A program made the position numbers and the translations under genes. From Euglena gracilis (lineage: Eukaryota): a stretch of 64,000 nt of DNA. The DNA lies in the NCBI GenBank assembly GCA_039621445.1, contig CP154954.1, positions 45,487,847 through 45,551,846 on the forward strand. The letters run 5' to 3'. The notes below the pieces were generated by a model. The model was given only the letters and a program-made list of their open reading frames with translations, was not told the origin of the DNA and did not search any database. This document shows positions 37,704-50,700 of the stretch, piece by piece. Position 1 is the stretch's first letter; each line of letters opens with the position of its first letter.

Positions 37704-40700
37704 CAGTTATTTTTTTCATTTATTTTTCATTTTTTCGTTTATTTATTTATTTATTTATTGATTGATTGATTTATTAATTTATTTATGGAATTTGATGTCG
37801 TTTCTGGGACCCATTTTTATGCATCTATTTATGAAAAGCAAAAAAAATACAAATCAGGGAGAGGTCCCAGTGAGGATAAATCAACTGCATCACTTGCGCA
37901 ATTGCGCAACTGCGCAAAAAAATCTGAAAACTCACTTGAGCAATTGCACAAACAGATGCAAATGTGGCAGCGCCTCTGCAGCGCCAGTGCAAAATAGACC
38001 GCCTAAGACAATCTCAAACTCAATTCCACTGGCAAACTGACCACTTGAGGACTGCAATGAAATGGAGGATTGAAACGTTGCTCTTGATTTGTCGGTATTG
38101 CGAAACTGCAACCCCCCCCCCCCGAAAAAAACAGCAGCAACACTAGCAGCAAGCAGCAACAAACCGCCACCACCACCATCAAGTGTTTGAGGAGCCTTGC
38201 CCGCTTGAACTGATTCCTATCACAATCCGCCAGCTGAGATGATTGAGCTTGAGGCGTGAGGGACCCAGCAGGCACCGTGCCATCCTGGACTACTCCTGGG
38301 CTCAGCACCCCACCGTCGGAGCCAGGCTGTGGGATGGCGATTGCGATGATGGTCAGGACACAGGCGGAAGCTCCCTCACATGAACAACCTCCATGGATTG
38401 AAAAACCGGGCCAAGAAGTGTGAATCAGCAAAAACAGCCCTCGAAACGAAAATGGGGATCAAATTAACAATTCATTGATGAGAAATGAGATTTGAAACGT
38501 CAGGATTACGTAATACCCCGTACCGTTTGGAGCACAATGTGCACAATATGCAGCTATGTGGGGCGGCCAGGGGGAGGCGCACCATGGCCACACAGCGAGA
38601 GCCAAGGATGGAAATGGCCCAGCAAAAGTCAGCAAGAGTCGCGTCGCGCCGGACCTCAGCCAGGCCGCCTTGGTCCGCAAATTCAGAGCAGTTGTTGGAG
38701 GCAAACTCTCGTGATTGGAAGGTGAAGTTCTGGGTTGTTTTTGAGGCTCACGGGCAGTTTCTTTCTTCCCTTCCCATTCGTTGGAGCAGCTAAGAAGGTG
38801 GTTTTCACCGGGGGGGGGGGGCAAAAACTGCACACGGGCAGGTCAAAAACTGCACTGCAAAAAACTGCAAAAAAACTGCAAAAAAAAAACTGCAAAAAAA
38901 ACTGCAAAAAAAAACTGCAAAAAAAAAACGGCAAAAAAAACTGCAAAAAAACTGCAAAAAAAACTGCACATCAACAAAAAAAAACTGCACATCAACAAAA
39001 AATAACAATAAACACGCTGAAATGGTGTGCATATGCAAAACAACGTAATTTGTAATCACATGAGAACGCCCCAATTCACCTAAATTTTGCACAACTTTGG
39101 AGCTGTTGACAATAAAAATGAAAGCAATCAATCAAGGTACACTGTACATGGGTTTCCATGCACTGAAACGCAAGTCATGTGTTTGGTTTGGATGCTGGTT
39201 CACGCTGGTTTTCCTGCACCAAAGCTTGTGACGGCCATGCCCACGGAGGTGCCAAACAGCTAAATATGGAAAAAATGCACACACCCATATGCAGAAAGTT
39301 TCTATGCTTTTAATTCGTCTTGCCCCCAACTGTTTTGCCAACTTCCTTGCCTCTCGACACAACAGAAATTGTTGTAGCCACCATTCCAAAAAAAGCAGAT
39401 TGTTTCGGTGACAACGCCACAATTTCTCCCCAACCAAAATCGCTCCATCTCCAACTTGTGCATGTGGTGACAGATGTCACGATGCTTATTTTGGCAATCG
39501 TCATTTGCACACTCCTGAGCAGATTCAACTAATTATTTTGGGATTCCTGGGGACTAAATCCAAAAACTGTTTTTTTTGTGTGCAAATTTTGGTTGAAGTT
39601 GGAGTTTGCGAGATTCGTGGAGACGCAAAGGAGCACGAGCTCCTGTAGAAGATTGGGCCTTGTCCCAAGCATTTTGGCCAAATATCACACAAGCCAAATG
39701 CTTCAAAGAAGTCATTCTTATTTGCAAGGAATTCCCAGACCATTTGGCCATCCCCTAAAGACAGTATTCAAAGTTTGTGATGGTTGTTGTAGATTTTTTT
39801 TAGGTTTGAAGATTTTTAACATCGTGATATGGGTGATGGACCGAAAGTTCCAAAACTGAACATCCCATGCAAGAACTGGTGGGATTACTGTAGACAACAC
39901 AACTCATGAAGAGATTTTTTGAGAGAGGCTTTTTCTTGAGAAACACCCTTCAAACAATATAATCCAGCGTAACAAGGACAGAGCACCAAAAAATGAGCAC
40001 CTCAGGTTTCCTCAAAACTGAAATCAAAAAAAAAAGCTGCAAAAAAAAACTGCAAAATTCTGCAAAAAAAATGCAAAAAAACCCAAAATGTGAAAACTGC
40101 AAAAAAACTGCAAAAACTGCACGGTGCATATTTTGCCCCTCCCTGTTTTCACATTCCTGCGGACGACAGGCAGGGGTGTGAGGCAGGGGTTTTCAAACAA
40201 TCATCATGCAAAACCTCTAAGAAATATACTAAAAAATGTTGATGGGATGTGCAAACTCCTTCTGGGTCAAGAAAATTTACCGGTTGGTAGAAATGCATGC
40301 TCTTTTTGGTCTTCCAATTTAGAAGGACCCTGTCTGATGACGATTTCCCCATTTATAACGAACCACTGAAAAATTTCCACCAATTTGACTGCAGGCAAAA
40401 CAGGCATGAAGCTGACACTGAGCATTGAGGCTCACACAAAAATGAAACATGAAATATGAGCCGCTGGTCTGCTTTCTAGGAGCTGAGCCCTCAAACGATT
40501 TTGGAAATTAGGGGATAAATTTTGCTGGCCGATTTTGGTGCTGGCAGGAATCCCAGGTAATCCTGGCATAATCTGGTATTTGTCCCCAGCGAACAGCAAA
40601 CAAAATCTCAATTTCAAAATACCTGGCCATTTCAAACCTCACAACCTTAAAAAGGGGCCAGGGGATGCCTTCAGCTCCACGGTGCAGACACGCAGCTTAA

Positions 40701-43700
40701 AAAACCTCCTGAGGGCCTGTTCAGAAAGATTACTTACAAAATGGCCATTGTTTGTGGGGTCCTGGTCAGAGAGGTTGGACACTGGAAAATCAGGGCCGGT
40801 TGGAAAAAGGATGGCACCCGCCTCAAGGGGGCTGGCTGGAACCCGGTCTCAACTGGCCCAGGTCCCTCCGGTTTTATATTGGGGCGGATATTTCAAGACC
40901 CCCACAGGGGTTTTACATTTGGGAGGGGGAATGAATGGGGGGAACCCAAACTTCTGGCGATTGTCTGCCCTTTTCCATTTTGTCCCTCGTAGCTCTTTTG
41001 TGTTGCTTCCAACAAAAAATACCTCTCCGAAGACACCCCGATGTCTCGCTTTCGGTCGTTTCGAGTGCCAAGGCCACTGAATCACCAACATCCGAGGAGT
41101 CAGGAGGTGATGGATCCGAATCTGATAACTTATTTTGGGAGGGTTTTATATTTGGTTGCCAAACCAAACGCCCCAGGGGGGTTTTATACTTGGGGGGTTT
41201 GTATTTGGGGGGTTTCTGTTTGGGGGGGGGGGGTTTACATCCAGGGAGCTCCGGAAAAAAAATTCATGCAACTAGGGGCTTTTGTGTTTATTTACCTTTT
41301 TCCATTTTGTGTGTCGCGATTTCCAAGGGAGAACGGTGTGTTTCCCTCTTGCATCGGGGGCCGCATCAGGGTTTTCAGGTGGCTGGTGCAAATCATTCGA
41401 CTTAGTCTTGGACCTCCTCCCCCATTGACGATCTCTCTGCCCAGCGGCCGTTCAGGCAGCTGAAGTAAAGGATATTGAGCTTTGTTGGCTGTCAATAAAT
41501 CAATAGGTCGGGTATAGGTTAAAAGAAATGGGTCGAAAAGGGCGACCAATCAGTGTTTTTGGGAAATGCACTTTGCATTTTCATTTTTTTTTGAATCCAG
41601 GTTTTTCCAGCTCCTTCAGATTAAATTTCTCGTTATATTAACTCGGTTTTGATATACATTTTGATGACATATGATGTTGGGCACATAAAAATTCTGAAAG
41701 GTATGAATTTGTTTGCCATTTTTTCAAAAGTCACAAAAGTTTGATAAAACGCTCGGGGCGGGAGGGGGGAATGCGTTCTTTTCTCCTTTGTGTGTGTGTG
41801 TTTCGATTTTTGCAAATTTTGTGGGTTTGCTCTGTTTCAATTCTTTGTGCAATTTCTTCCCCTGGCAATTTTTCGTTTTTTTGCGTTTTTTTTGAGAAAT
41901 TTTTTTCAGCTTAAAAAATTGTGCATTTTGTCCCCGATTTCCCCCGGAGGAAGGGCCCAAATAATTTCAGAATTTTGTGGTGAAAGTCCAGTTTCAGACA
42001 TCAGTATCAAGGGCGACCAACTGTTCAAATTAGGCGGAATCAAACACAGCCTGTGCTCAGGCCCCAGACCCTGCCAGCATTCTTCTGCAAGGCGTCGCTG
42101 AGTCGATCGCAGGGCGGTGGCCCTCAATTGAAGTGTAACGCTGAGCCTTGGAGGCCCACTGAATGTCAAAAGAAGCTCCTGGACCTAACCAAGAAAGCGA
42201 CTTTTCCGAAAAAGGAAGGTAGCTTGGCAGTTGGAATGCTTCAAAATCCACAAATCACAAGCTGGTGGTTATGAGGGTGGCACAGAGAGGGACGTTTTTA
42301 GGATGATGACTACCACAGAATTGCCTGAAAAGTTATTCATTTGCTGCGCTTCCTGGAGGGAGAAATTCCGACCACTTGTTCCCAGAAGAAATACACTGAA
42401 AGGGAAGAAAAAAAGAGAAGGCTCGACTTTCAAAATACTTTGTGTGGTTTTTGTGGTATTATCTGTGTGGTTTAGAAAATAGAAGTGTGGCAGCAGCCTG
42501 GAGAAAGCAGCGCGCAAGATGTTCGCATCCTGGAGGTGCTCAAGCTCCTCTGCCCCGTACTGAAATTCAGGCATACAGCATTCCCGTGGCAACCCAGCAA
42601 GATACAACGGCAATTCCCCTCCCTGAACGTCATAATCCCCCCAAAGCAGGTGCAGGGACTGCCGGCATAGACCAACCTCTGGAGGGGAGTCTCGTGACCT
42701 GGAGTGCCTGAGAGGCAGGAACTGTCCCCAGGGAGAGGGTTGGTGCCTGTCTGGTCATGGGCCCCAAAATGAGCCGTTTCTGGGCTTCCGTGCCTTCGTC
42801 ACAGGAGTGCTGAAGGCACTTTTGGCACTTTTGGCCATGTGCTCCCCCCCCCCCCCCGAGGGTTGGATCTGGGGGCCTTGGACGGCCTGCCCAGCAGCCG
42901 AGAGCCGAGGTGGGTGGGCCATGCCTTAAAACCCAGCCTGGTGGGGGGCCGGGTTCTGATGAGAGTGGAAAATTTAAATGCAAAGGCAGCCACGCACAAC
43001 TGCTTTCCAGTCCAATGCACCACGCGAGACGAACCCGTGTGAAAAAATTTGGAGTGTTTTAAATTTGCTTCGCCGCATCGGCCTGGTCTCCCCGACAGGT
43101 TTCCCTGGGATTCCAGGATGAGGAGGAGGAGGACTGACTGGAGTCCACTCCCGGCTTTGCCGCCGGTGGAGAAGGTCGAGGGCCATCAGGGCGAGCCCAG
43201 GGGTGGTTTTGGACTCAGGCTCCCGGATGAACATGCCCTCAGGAACCGCCAACAGCACCTGCAAAAGGAGTGACTTCCAAAAGGGTTCCTCGGAGATGAT
43301 GATTACCCGATTGGTTTGGGACCAGGGATGTATGGGAAGCTATGAGGGGGGGGGGGTCGGACCCCCCAACAAGGAGGGGTCCGACCTCGAAACTGAAGCT
43401 GGCCGAGAAAATTTTTGGTTTTATGGACCGGCAAAGGGCCGGAAACCAAGCCAAAAATGTACAAAAATCCCTGACTTTTCTTTGAATCTAAAATGGTCGT
43501 TTTTGAACACTTTTATGGGGAAAAGTGTTCAAAAATTACATCAAAACGTCAAAAAAAAGTGCAATATGCTCAAAAGCAGGGGTTTTCTCAAGGACCCCGG
43601 GGGGTCCCGTGCAGGGGATTTCTCAAGGACCCTGGGGGGGGGTCCCGCGGCCAGCTGGAAAAAGGTGCTTGTTGGACCCATCCCCTAGGGGGGGGGGGGC

Positions 43701-45119
43701 AGAGGGGGGGGAGCTGGACATGATGGGTACGCAAAAAAATGCTCCCAAAAGCCCAAATCCAGCTGGGCTGTGTTGAGCCAAAATTAGAGGAAAAAAACCA
43801 AAAACCACCCAAAAATGCCATTTTTGGCCATTTTTGACCCTGTTTTCCAAAAATTTCGGCGCTTTGCGCTTTGCGCGATAATTTTTCGGTCCAGCCCAGC
43901 TTTGCCGCATATTTCAGCAGACCCCCGGGGAGTGTCCGCAGCCCAGCTGGGAGGTGCTGCCTCAGTGCCTGGAAAAAAGACGCTGGCTGGCAGGACCAGG
44001 GGTTTTTTTTCAAGACCAAGGGGTCCCCCCACCCACCCACCCCCTGGGGGGCCCCCAGGGGGTTCCCGGGGGACCCACTCACTATTCCCCCGAAAATGGC
44101 CAAAAACCCGCGAAAATGCAGAAAATAGCACCTTTTCAAAATTCTCGGCAACGCTTGAGCACAGATGATGGTTGCATTTTTGGCGTTGGATAATCACCCT
44201 CATTGTCTGTTACACTGGCATCTGCAGGACGCAATGGAACCTGCTCAGCGTTTGGCTGGGGGGATCACCTTGTGTGGAACCTTTGAGGATGTGTTGGTTG
44301 GTTCATTGGGGGGCATACCTTTTCATACACCTCAACTTTTGTGGATCACACCCAGGCGTCAAATTCTCTGCCACCCTGTGGGCACCATCGTGGTCCAGAC
44401 CCCCCCCCCCCGACACCCACCTCAAAACCAAACGGCTTCCCATCTACCCTGTTTGGGACCCACCAAAAGTTCATTTGGAGGGGTTCCCTTTATTAAAATA
44501 AAAAGTGGAAATACATGGGAGAGTGGCAAGGATCCAAGGATTCCGAGGGTCCAAGGATACCAGAAATCTCTTCCCCCCCAAAATTGACCCCTTTTTGCCC
44601 AGATCCAGCCATTCAGGTGAATTTCTCACTGAATGTGCTGGGATGGGAAAATTTATTTACCCTTAACGACGTCCTGTCTGCACGCCCCACACCCTTGGGT
44701 AGGATATTGACTGTTTTTTTTTTCTTTGGAGTGACGGACTGGTTTTTGGCTCCAGACCCGGGGTGGAGAAAGATTGGCCGAAGTGGCCCACCCAGCGCCG
44801 AAGGCCAAGAATATTCCTTGGCCCAAACCCATTGACTTTGAGACATTTGAGCTCGAGTTGATGTTTTGCTTGACCCATGTTCATCTAAATCCTGAGATCG
44901 CTCAACCATCACCAGCTTCAAACGATGGACGGTGGCATCAAACGTGATGCACCTGGTTGGCGGATATGTCCTGGGTGGCATAGAGACCCCGCAGTCCATT
45001 CACATCTGTTTTCAACTCAAGAGGCAAGTCTGGGGAGCCGATGCCAATTTCAACGAGCCATTGAATGAGAGAGCATGCTCCATCTGCTACATGCCCTTCT
45101 TCGACCAATGTTGCTGACC
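31617..45119 (-). CDS. SET-domain protein-lysine methyltransferase of the Rubisco-LSMT/SETD3-SETD6 type, multi-exon, incomplete model. Recognised exons: 45119-44953, 43258-43140, 42605-~42510, ~42118-42050, ~36950-36858, ~33726-33575, ~33443-33400, ~31858-31617
   Basis: LIQWLVEIG..NGLRGLYATQDISANQ|VLLAVPEG..LALMALDLL..EWTPYLAGLP..EELEHLQ; ALEVSAQNTKFLKRG|QEVTVQYGKFPNRVLYLSYGFVLDHNPYDNV; C-terminal CRQLLAAYPTTVAEDLALL..VRFRVLQKRIL*. The 5' exon(s) and the SR..P..D..NH exon were not located. Confidence 0.85.
31860..31950. repeat. 13-bp minisatellite (GGCAACCCGGCCC)n
   Basis: About seven adjacent units. Confidence 0.85.
33895..35090. repeat. Diverged dispersed member of the terminal tandem-array family
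   Basis: Head GCTCTTGTCTCTTCAGAGGAAGAGCGAAGCT, plus AAATATCTCGAGAAAAC, AGCCCGAGATATAGCCG and CCGAAAATGAGCGTTTTT motifs. Confidence 0.75.
35100..36424 (-). pseudogene. Decayed pogo/Tc1-type transposase in SET-gene intron
   Basis: N-terminal HTH-like TVTDWARQHGIRGAI..LPWSTVNRCLKFWK, then KHDRPSIVLAASQEG. A possible end TA|CAGTG lies at 36418-36424. The 3' part (AAAGAG.TCAGCACTACACAAA) is homologous to ~14720-14750. Confidence 0.5.
37565..37775. repeat. (TTTA)n/(TTAG)n compound microsatellite
   Basis: Direct reading. Confidence 0.95.
38805..40146. mobile_element. hAT-like TIR element with AAAACTGC subterminal repeats and decayed coding interior
   Basis: CCGGGGGGGGGGGGCAAAA ... TTTTGCCCCTCCCTG ends, (AAAAAACTGC)n near both ends, and a minus-strand DICHHMHK fragment. 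Confidence 0.5.
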
Positions 45120-45262
45120 CTGTCAAAAGCAGAGAGAGCTTGATATTTCACATCTTAAATGTTGCTCTCATGCACATTGCGCAAACAGTTTTCTAAATGC
45201 AAATCCATGGGAATGTGGCTTTAAATAAATAAATATGTACACGTGCACAGATTCCATAGTTC

Positions 45263-47757
45263 AGGCTCCAGGGAGGCTCCAGGGAGGCTCCAGGGAGGCT
45301 CCAGGGAGGCTTAGGTAACCAGCCTCCCTGGAGCCTCCTTTTTAGGGAGCCTCCAGGAGGCTCCAGGGAGGCTCCAGGGAGGCTCAGGTAACCAGCCTCC
45401 AGGGAGGCTCCCTTTTAGGGAGCCTCCAGGAGGCTCCAGGGAGGCTCCAGGGAGGCTCAGGTAACCAGCCTCCCTGGAGGCTCCAGGGAGGCTCGGGTTA
45501 CCAGTTTTGTGCACAGGCCGACAATGGGAGAAGTCGTGGGCCGTGATGCAATCGGTGGTGTTGTTGACTCGAAATGCATGAATCAGCAGTTACTCGCCGG
45601 GGATGTGACATGGGATAATGCAGGCACGGCGAGGCACAAGAAGAAGAGACGTGAAACATCTGGACAACGTCTGCATCTTGAATAGCATTCAATCTTGTCC
45701 GGTGTCTGAATCTTGTCCAATGTCAACGTCTTGTCCAGTATTTGCATATTGTGTGGTCTCTGCACCTTGTCCAGCATGTACATCTTGTCCAACATCTGCA
45801 TCTCGTCCAATATGTGCATCCACTGCATCTTGTCCAGCATATGCATCTTGTCCAGCATCCGCATCTTGTCCAGCATCTGCAACCACTGCATGTTGTCCAA
45901 CATCTGCATCTTTTCCAACATCTACAACCAATACATCTTGTCTAGCATTTGCATGTTGTCCAAGGAACTGTGATTGAAGCTCTGCGAACTGGTCTGCAGC
46001 AGGAAAATTTCTGGTGTTGTTGTTCTGGAGTTCTGAGATTTGCTTTTTGGCTAATTTCAACATCTGCATCTTGTCCAACATCTGCGTCCACGACATCTTG
46101 TCCAGCGTCTGCATCTTATCCAGTGTCCACATTTTGTCGAGCATCTGCATCTCGTCCAGCATCTGCAACCACTGCATCTTGTCCATCATCTGCATCTTGT
46201 CCAACAGCTGCATTTTGTCCAGCATCTGCATCTTGTCCAGCATCTCCGTCCACTGCATTTTGTCCAACATCTGCATCTTGTCCAGCATCTGCATCCACGA
46301 CATCTTGTCCAGCATCTGCATCTTGTGCAACATTTGCATTTTGTCTAGCATCTGCATCTCATCTAGTATCTGCGTCCACGACATCTTGTCCTGCATCTGC
46401 ATCTTGTCCAGCGTCTGCATTTTGTCCAGCATCTGCATCTCGTCCAGTGCCTGCGTCCACTGCATTTTGTCCAGCATCTGCATCTTGTCCAGCATCTGCG
46501 TCCACGACATGTTGTCCTGCATCTGCATCTTGTCCGGCGTCTGCATTTTGTCCAGCATCTGCATCTCGTCCAGCATCTGCAACCACTGCATCTTGTCCGG
46601 CGTTTGCATCTTGTCCAGCGTCTGCATTTCGTCCAGCATCTGCATCTTGTCCAGCATCTACGTGCACGACATCTTGTCCAGCTGCATCCTGTCCAGCGTC
46701 TGCATTTTGTCCAGCATCTGCATCTCGTCCAGTATCTCCGTCCACTGCATTTTGTCCAGCATCTGCATCTTGTCCAGCATCTCCGTCCACTGCATTTTGT
46801 CCAACATCTGCATCTTGTCCAGCATCTGCATCCACGACATCTTGTCCAGCATCTGCATCTTGTGCAGCGTTTGCATTTTGTCTAGCATCTGCATCTCGTC
46901 TAGGATCTACGTCCACGACATCTTGTCCTGCATCTGCATCTTGTACAGCGTCTGTATTTTGACCCAAATTAGCCCATTATTTGCCCAAATCAATGCAAAT
47001 TAGCCGAAATTAGCAAACAAAACAAAACCATTTTGCAAAAAAAGCCAAGATGGGTGAAATGGGAGGCTGGGAGGCAACATAGAGCTTAATTGAAGCCAAA
47101 AATGACTTTATTCGGCCAGAATTGTACCTAATTATTTGCCGTGCAAAAAAAAGGGTCATGTGAAATCCAAAGTGGTGTTTGTTTGGCTGTGCCCGGGGGG
47201 GAGGGGGGAGGGGGGAGGCGGGAGGGGGGAGGGGGGCGGGGGGCCCCCCGCCCCCCCCCCCCGCCCCCCTCCCCCCCCCCCCCCTCCCCCCCACCCCCCC
47301 CCCACCCCCTTCCCCTCCCCCCCTCCCCCCTCCCCTGCTCCCTAATAACAACATCCTTTTGTGTGGACAAAATTTGGCGGACAAAGCGTAAATAGCAAAC
47401 GGGTAAACGGTAAAAGCAAATTCAGGCGGACATGGCGTCTTTGTGGCGAATGGACAAATGGTTTTCAATTCTTTCTGCAATTGGCGGGGCATGGCATAAA
47501 TAGCAAACAAACAAACGTCATTTGTGTGTGTAAATATATAACGGATGCAAAGATGGAGGGTTGAACATGGCCTGTGTACAAAATTGGTTACCTGCCGGAG
47601 GCTCCAGGAGGCTCCAGGGAGGCTCCAGGAGGCTCCTCAGGCAACCAGCCTCCATGGAGGCTCCTTTTTAGGGAGCCTCCAGGAGGCTCCAGGGAGGCTC
47701 CAGGGAGGCTCAGGTAACCAGCCTCCCTGGAGCCTCCCTGGAGGCTCCAGGTAACCA
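45263..47757. mobile_element. Element with complex (GGAGGCTCCAG)n termini and inner inverted repeat, enclosing an 18-bp minisatellite
   Basis: GGAGGCTCCAG/GTAACCAGCCTCC arrays lie at 45263-45497 and 47590-47757. TTACCAGTTTTGTGCACAGGCC (45498-45519) is inverted at GGCCTGTGTACAAAATTGGTTA (47569-47590). Confidence 0.7.
45655..46960. repeat. 18-bp minisatellite (GCATCTTGTCCAGCATCT) with 27-bp variants, interrupted by ~95 bp of unique sequence at ~45965-46058
   Basis: Direct reading. It produces long repetitive ORFs (MQMLDK, DADAGQ, ICILSS, ASCPAS frames). Confidence 0.95.
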
Positions 47758-50700
47758 AAAGTGAGGATTCCAAATTTTCTGGGACCCTCAACGGAGCGCA
47801 AAGGCATTGATTGCTGTCTTGTGAGTGTACGACACCCCAGCTGATTATGACCTGGACTTGAAAACCACAGAAACAGCCAGAGGCAAGAGCATGGAGTCTG
47901 GTCCCATGAAAATGATGTTCAATGAAGGGGAAAAAATATCCAGAACCAGTTGGACAGAATTGTTTACAGCGAATCAATGTGGTCCAGCAGTCTGATGATA
48001 CACCCCCCATCTGAGCTGTTGATTTTCGACTGAAATGTGGAACCTCACCAGCGTTTGAAAGGGGATGCAGAGAAAGTAATCTGAAATATTATGAGACAAC
48101 AATGATTTTCCGGTTGCGCCAACACATCATGCAAAAAATGTGTAACGAGAAAGGAATCGAGGAGGCAATGGAGTTTCAAAGGCGTTTGCGCGTGTCACTC
48201 CACCTGGTCAACTTTTCACTGAAATGGCACATTAACCCCCCCCCCCTGCTGAAACCCCCCCCCACTTTTAACCCCCCTCGGGCCGACCAACCAAACCTTG
48301 ACTTATAACCCCCCAGGGAAGGAAAATGAAAACTGCCAGGACGATTTCTTCGGCCGCAAACCACCCAAAAATGATTTTTTGGCAATTTTTTGAGACCGAC
48401 CATCATCAAAAAAAAATGCCATTTTTGACCAAATTTGCCAAAATTGCCGATTTCAGGGGCTTTGGGGATCATTTGGGGGGGATTTTCACCAACGATTCCT
48501 TGACTTGTCAACCCCCTCCCTACTCATAACCCCCCCTTCGGCCGACCAAATGGGGGGGGGTTATATCCGCCACTGCCGACTGACAGTGTGCCTAAGGTGA
48601 CCCTCTGGTGCCAAAGAACACTCCTCAAATATCTTTTTCTCAAACAGAATTTTTTTATTTGCAACCCTCTGAGCGATAATGGTTCAAGTTCCGAAGGGAG
48701 ATTGGGAGAACACTCTCACTTCCTCCTCTCCCTCCAGTATGTGGCAAACAATCATGACACATTTTCAAGCTTGTGCAAATTAGCTGTACACAAGCCCGGG
48801 ATTGAGAACATTCAAAGCTGCACACATCAGGGGAAGGAACACAACATGGACCCTCCAAAAATGCGACGCAAAAAAGCGCCAAAAAAAAAACGCTAAACAC
48901 ACAAAAAAACGAAAAAATGCAAATTGCATGTAAAAAATCCTTAAGGAACTCCCCCAACCAAATCATGAAGTTTTCATGTATTTTGCCTTTAGACCCATTT
49001 CAAACCATTTTTCAATAATCCCACGATATGGGGAAAAAATTTGGAAGCTTTTGCCACAGAATTTTTGCCAACAATTTTTTTTGCGATTGAAAGCCTTTGA
49101 AAGACATGTTACCAGAGTTTTCTTAAGGATCCCCGGGAGGAGGGGTCCCACGGGCCAGCTGGAAAAAGGTGCGGGCTGGACCCCCACTGGGGGGTAGGGG
49201 GTCCAGGTGGGCGAAAAGGCCCAAATCTAGCTAACATTCTTCAGCCAATTTTGAGGTGGAAACCGAAAACCCACCCCAAAAATGCCATATTTTCGGCGCT
49301 TTGCGCTGAATGTCGGTCCAGCCCGGCTTTGCCAGGCTGGCCAGAACCTTATTTGTGCGGACGCCCCACCCGGGGGGGGGGGGTCAGCAGCCCGGCTGGA
49401 GGTGCTGGCTGGACAAAAAAAAGTGCTCACTGGCTGGGTCCATTTGGGGGAGAGTCCCCTCAGGTTTATGTTATAGTGGCCATCACAGCCCATCTAGATG
49501 TGACCATGGTGAAATGCAATTGAACAATCGTGCCGGGTAAATGAAATTCATGACTAAATACACTCCCCCAAATGGAACCCCTTTTTCAAATGGAACCCCT
49601 TTTGGGGGTCTTGAATTTCCCCCCAAATTTAAAAAGTTCGCTTCTGTATTTGGTGGATTTGATGATGCACTAAATGCCAATGAGCATAACGTTCTATACC
49701 AGTAGTCGAGAGAATGACGAAAGCTTGGGGTGCAACTTCCGCAGCACGTAATGATTTCCATACTTTCCAAAGAACATAGAGTCCTGCACAAGAAGGATTT
49801 GGGGGGAATGTTCACATAAAATAGCAAAACAATGCAAAAGCAGCAAAAAATTAAAGATAATCTATCACATATCGCGATTGCAGTAATTGTTAATTTGTTT
49901 GCCCAAATTATCAAGCTTTTTGGATGGAAGTAATCAAACAAATTTTACATGACCAAAAAACCTGCTCCAAAAAACATTCTTTCAAATGAGGAACCCAGAC
50001 TACCCATCCAAATAACTGTCCAATTCAAAGTTCTGAATTTTTACCAAAAATCAGCAGAATAAATTTTTTACTAAAAATAATTCTTTACCTTAATTTTCAT
50101 CTGCCGCAGTTTTTGTCCACCTGTTTGTGGCCAGACGTTTCCTTTCTCTCCATCATTTTCTGCATGGTGTTTCGTGATATGATCCTGCTATCACTGAAAA
50201 ACTGGAGCGCCGAAGGGGACCCGGGGCAAATTCCCACCCAAACAACTCACAGAAGTCGTCCGAAGATGAACCACACGACCTCGTTAGCCTCAGAGTAGGA
50301 CATTGAGCAGGCAAACAGGGTGCCTGTGGTGATAGGCCGGGACCAAGAGGCACCCAGTCCAATAGTGCTGCGGGTCCAAATAATGCCGCACCCCCCGCCG
50401 CCGGAGGCGGCCGTCCAATAGAGCTGCGGGTGCAATACTATTTGGGGAGGGTTTACAGCGTCCTGAGGTAAACCATGCACAAATCCACCTGATTCGCGCA
50501 AAAAATGCGATTATTATGCACACGTGTACAACACGTTTGGGCAACACGTTTTTTTTGACAAAAAACGTGTTCAGGACACAGTTTTTCGGCAGATAAACAC
50601 GTTCAGTCCACGTGTACACGGTCAAACAACGCGTTCATCTCATTTTTTTTTAAAGATGTGTTCTACCATCTTTCGACATCTTTCACTCTCCCGCAAGATC

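Noticed and set aside
49670-49800. hAT dimerisation-like fragment on minus strand (WKSLRAAEVAPQAFVILSTTGIER)
   Set aside because: Too short and degenerate to call without a profile search.
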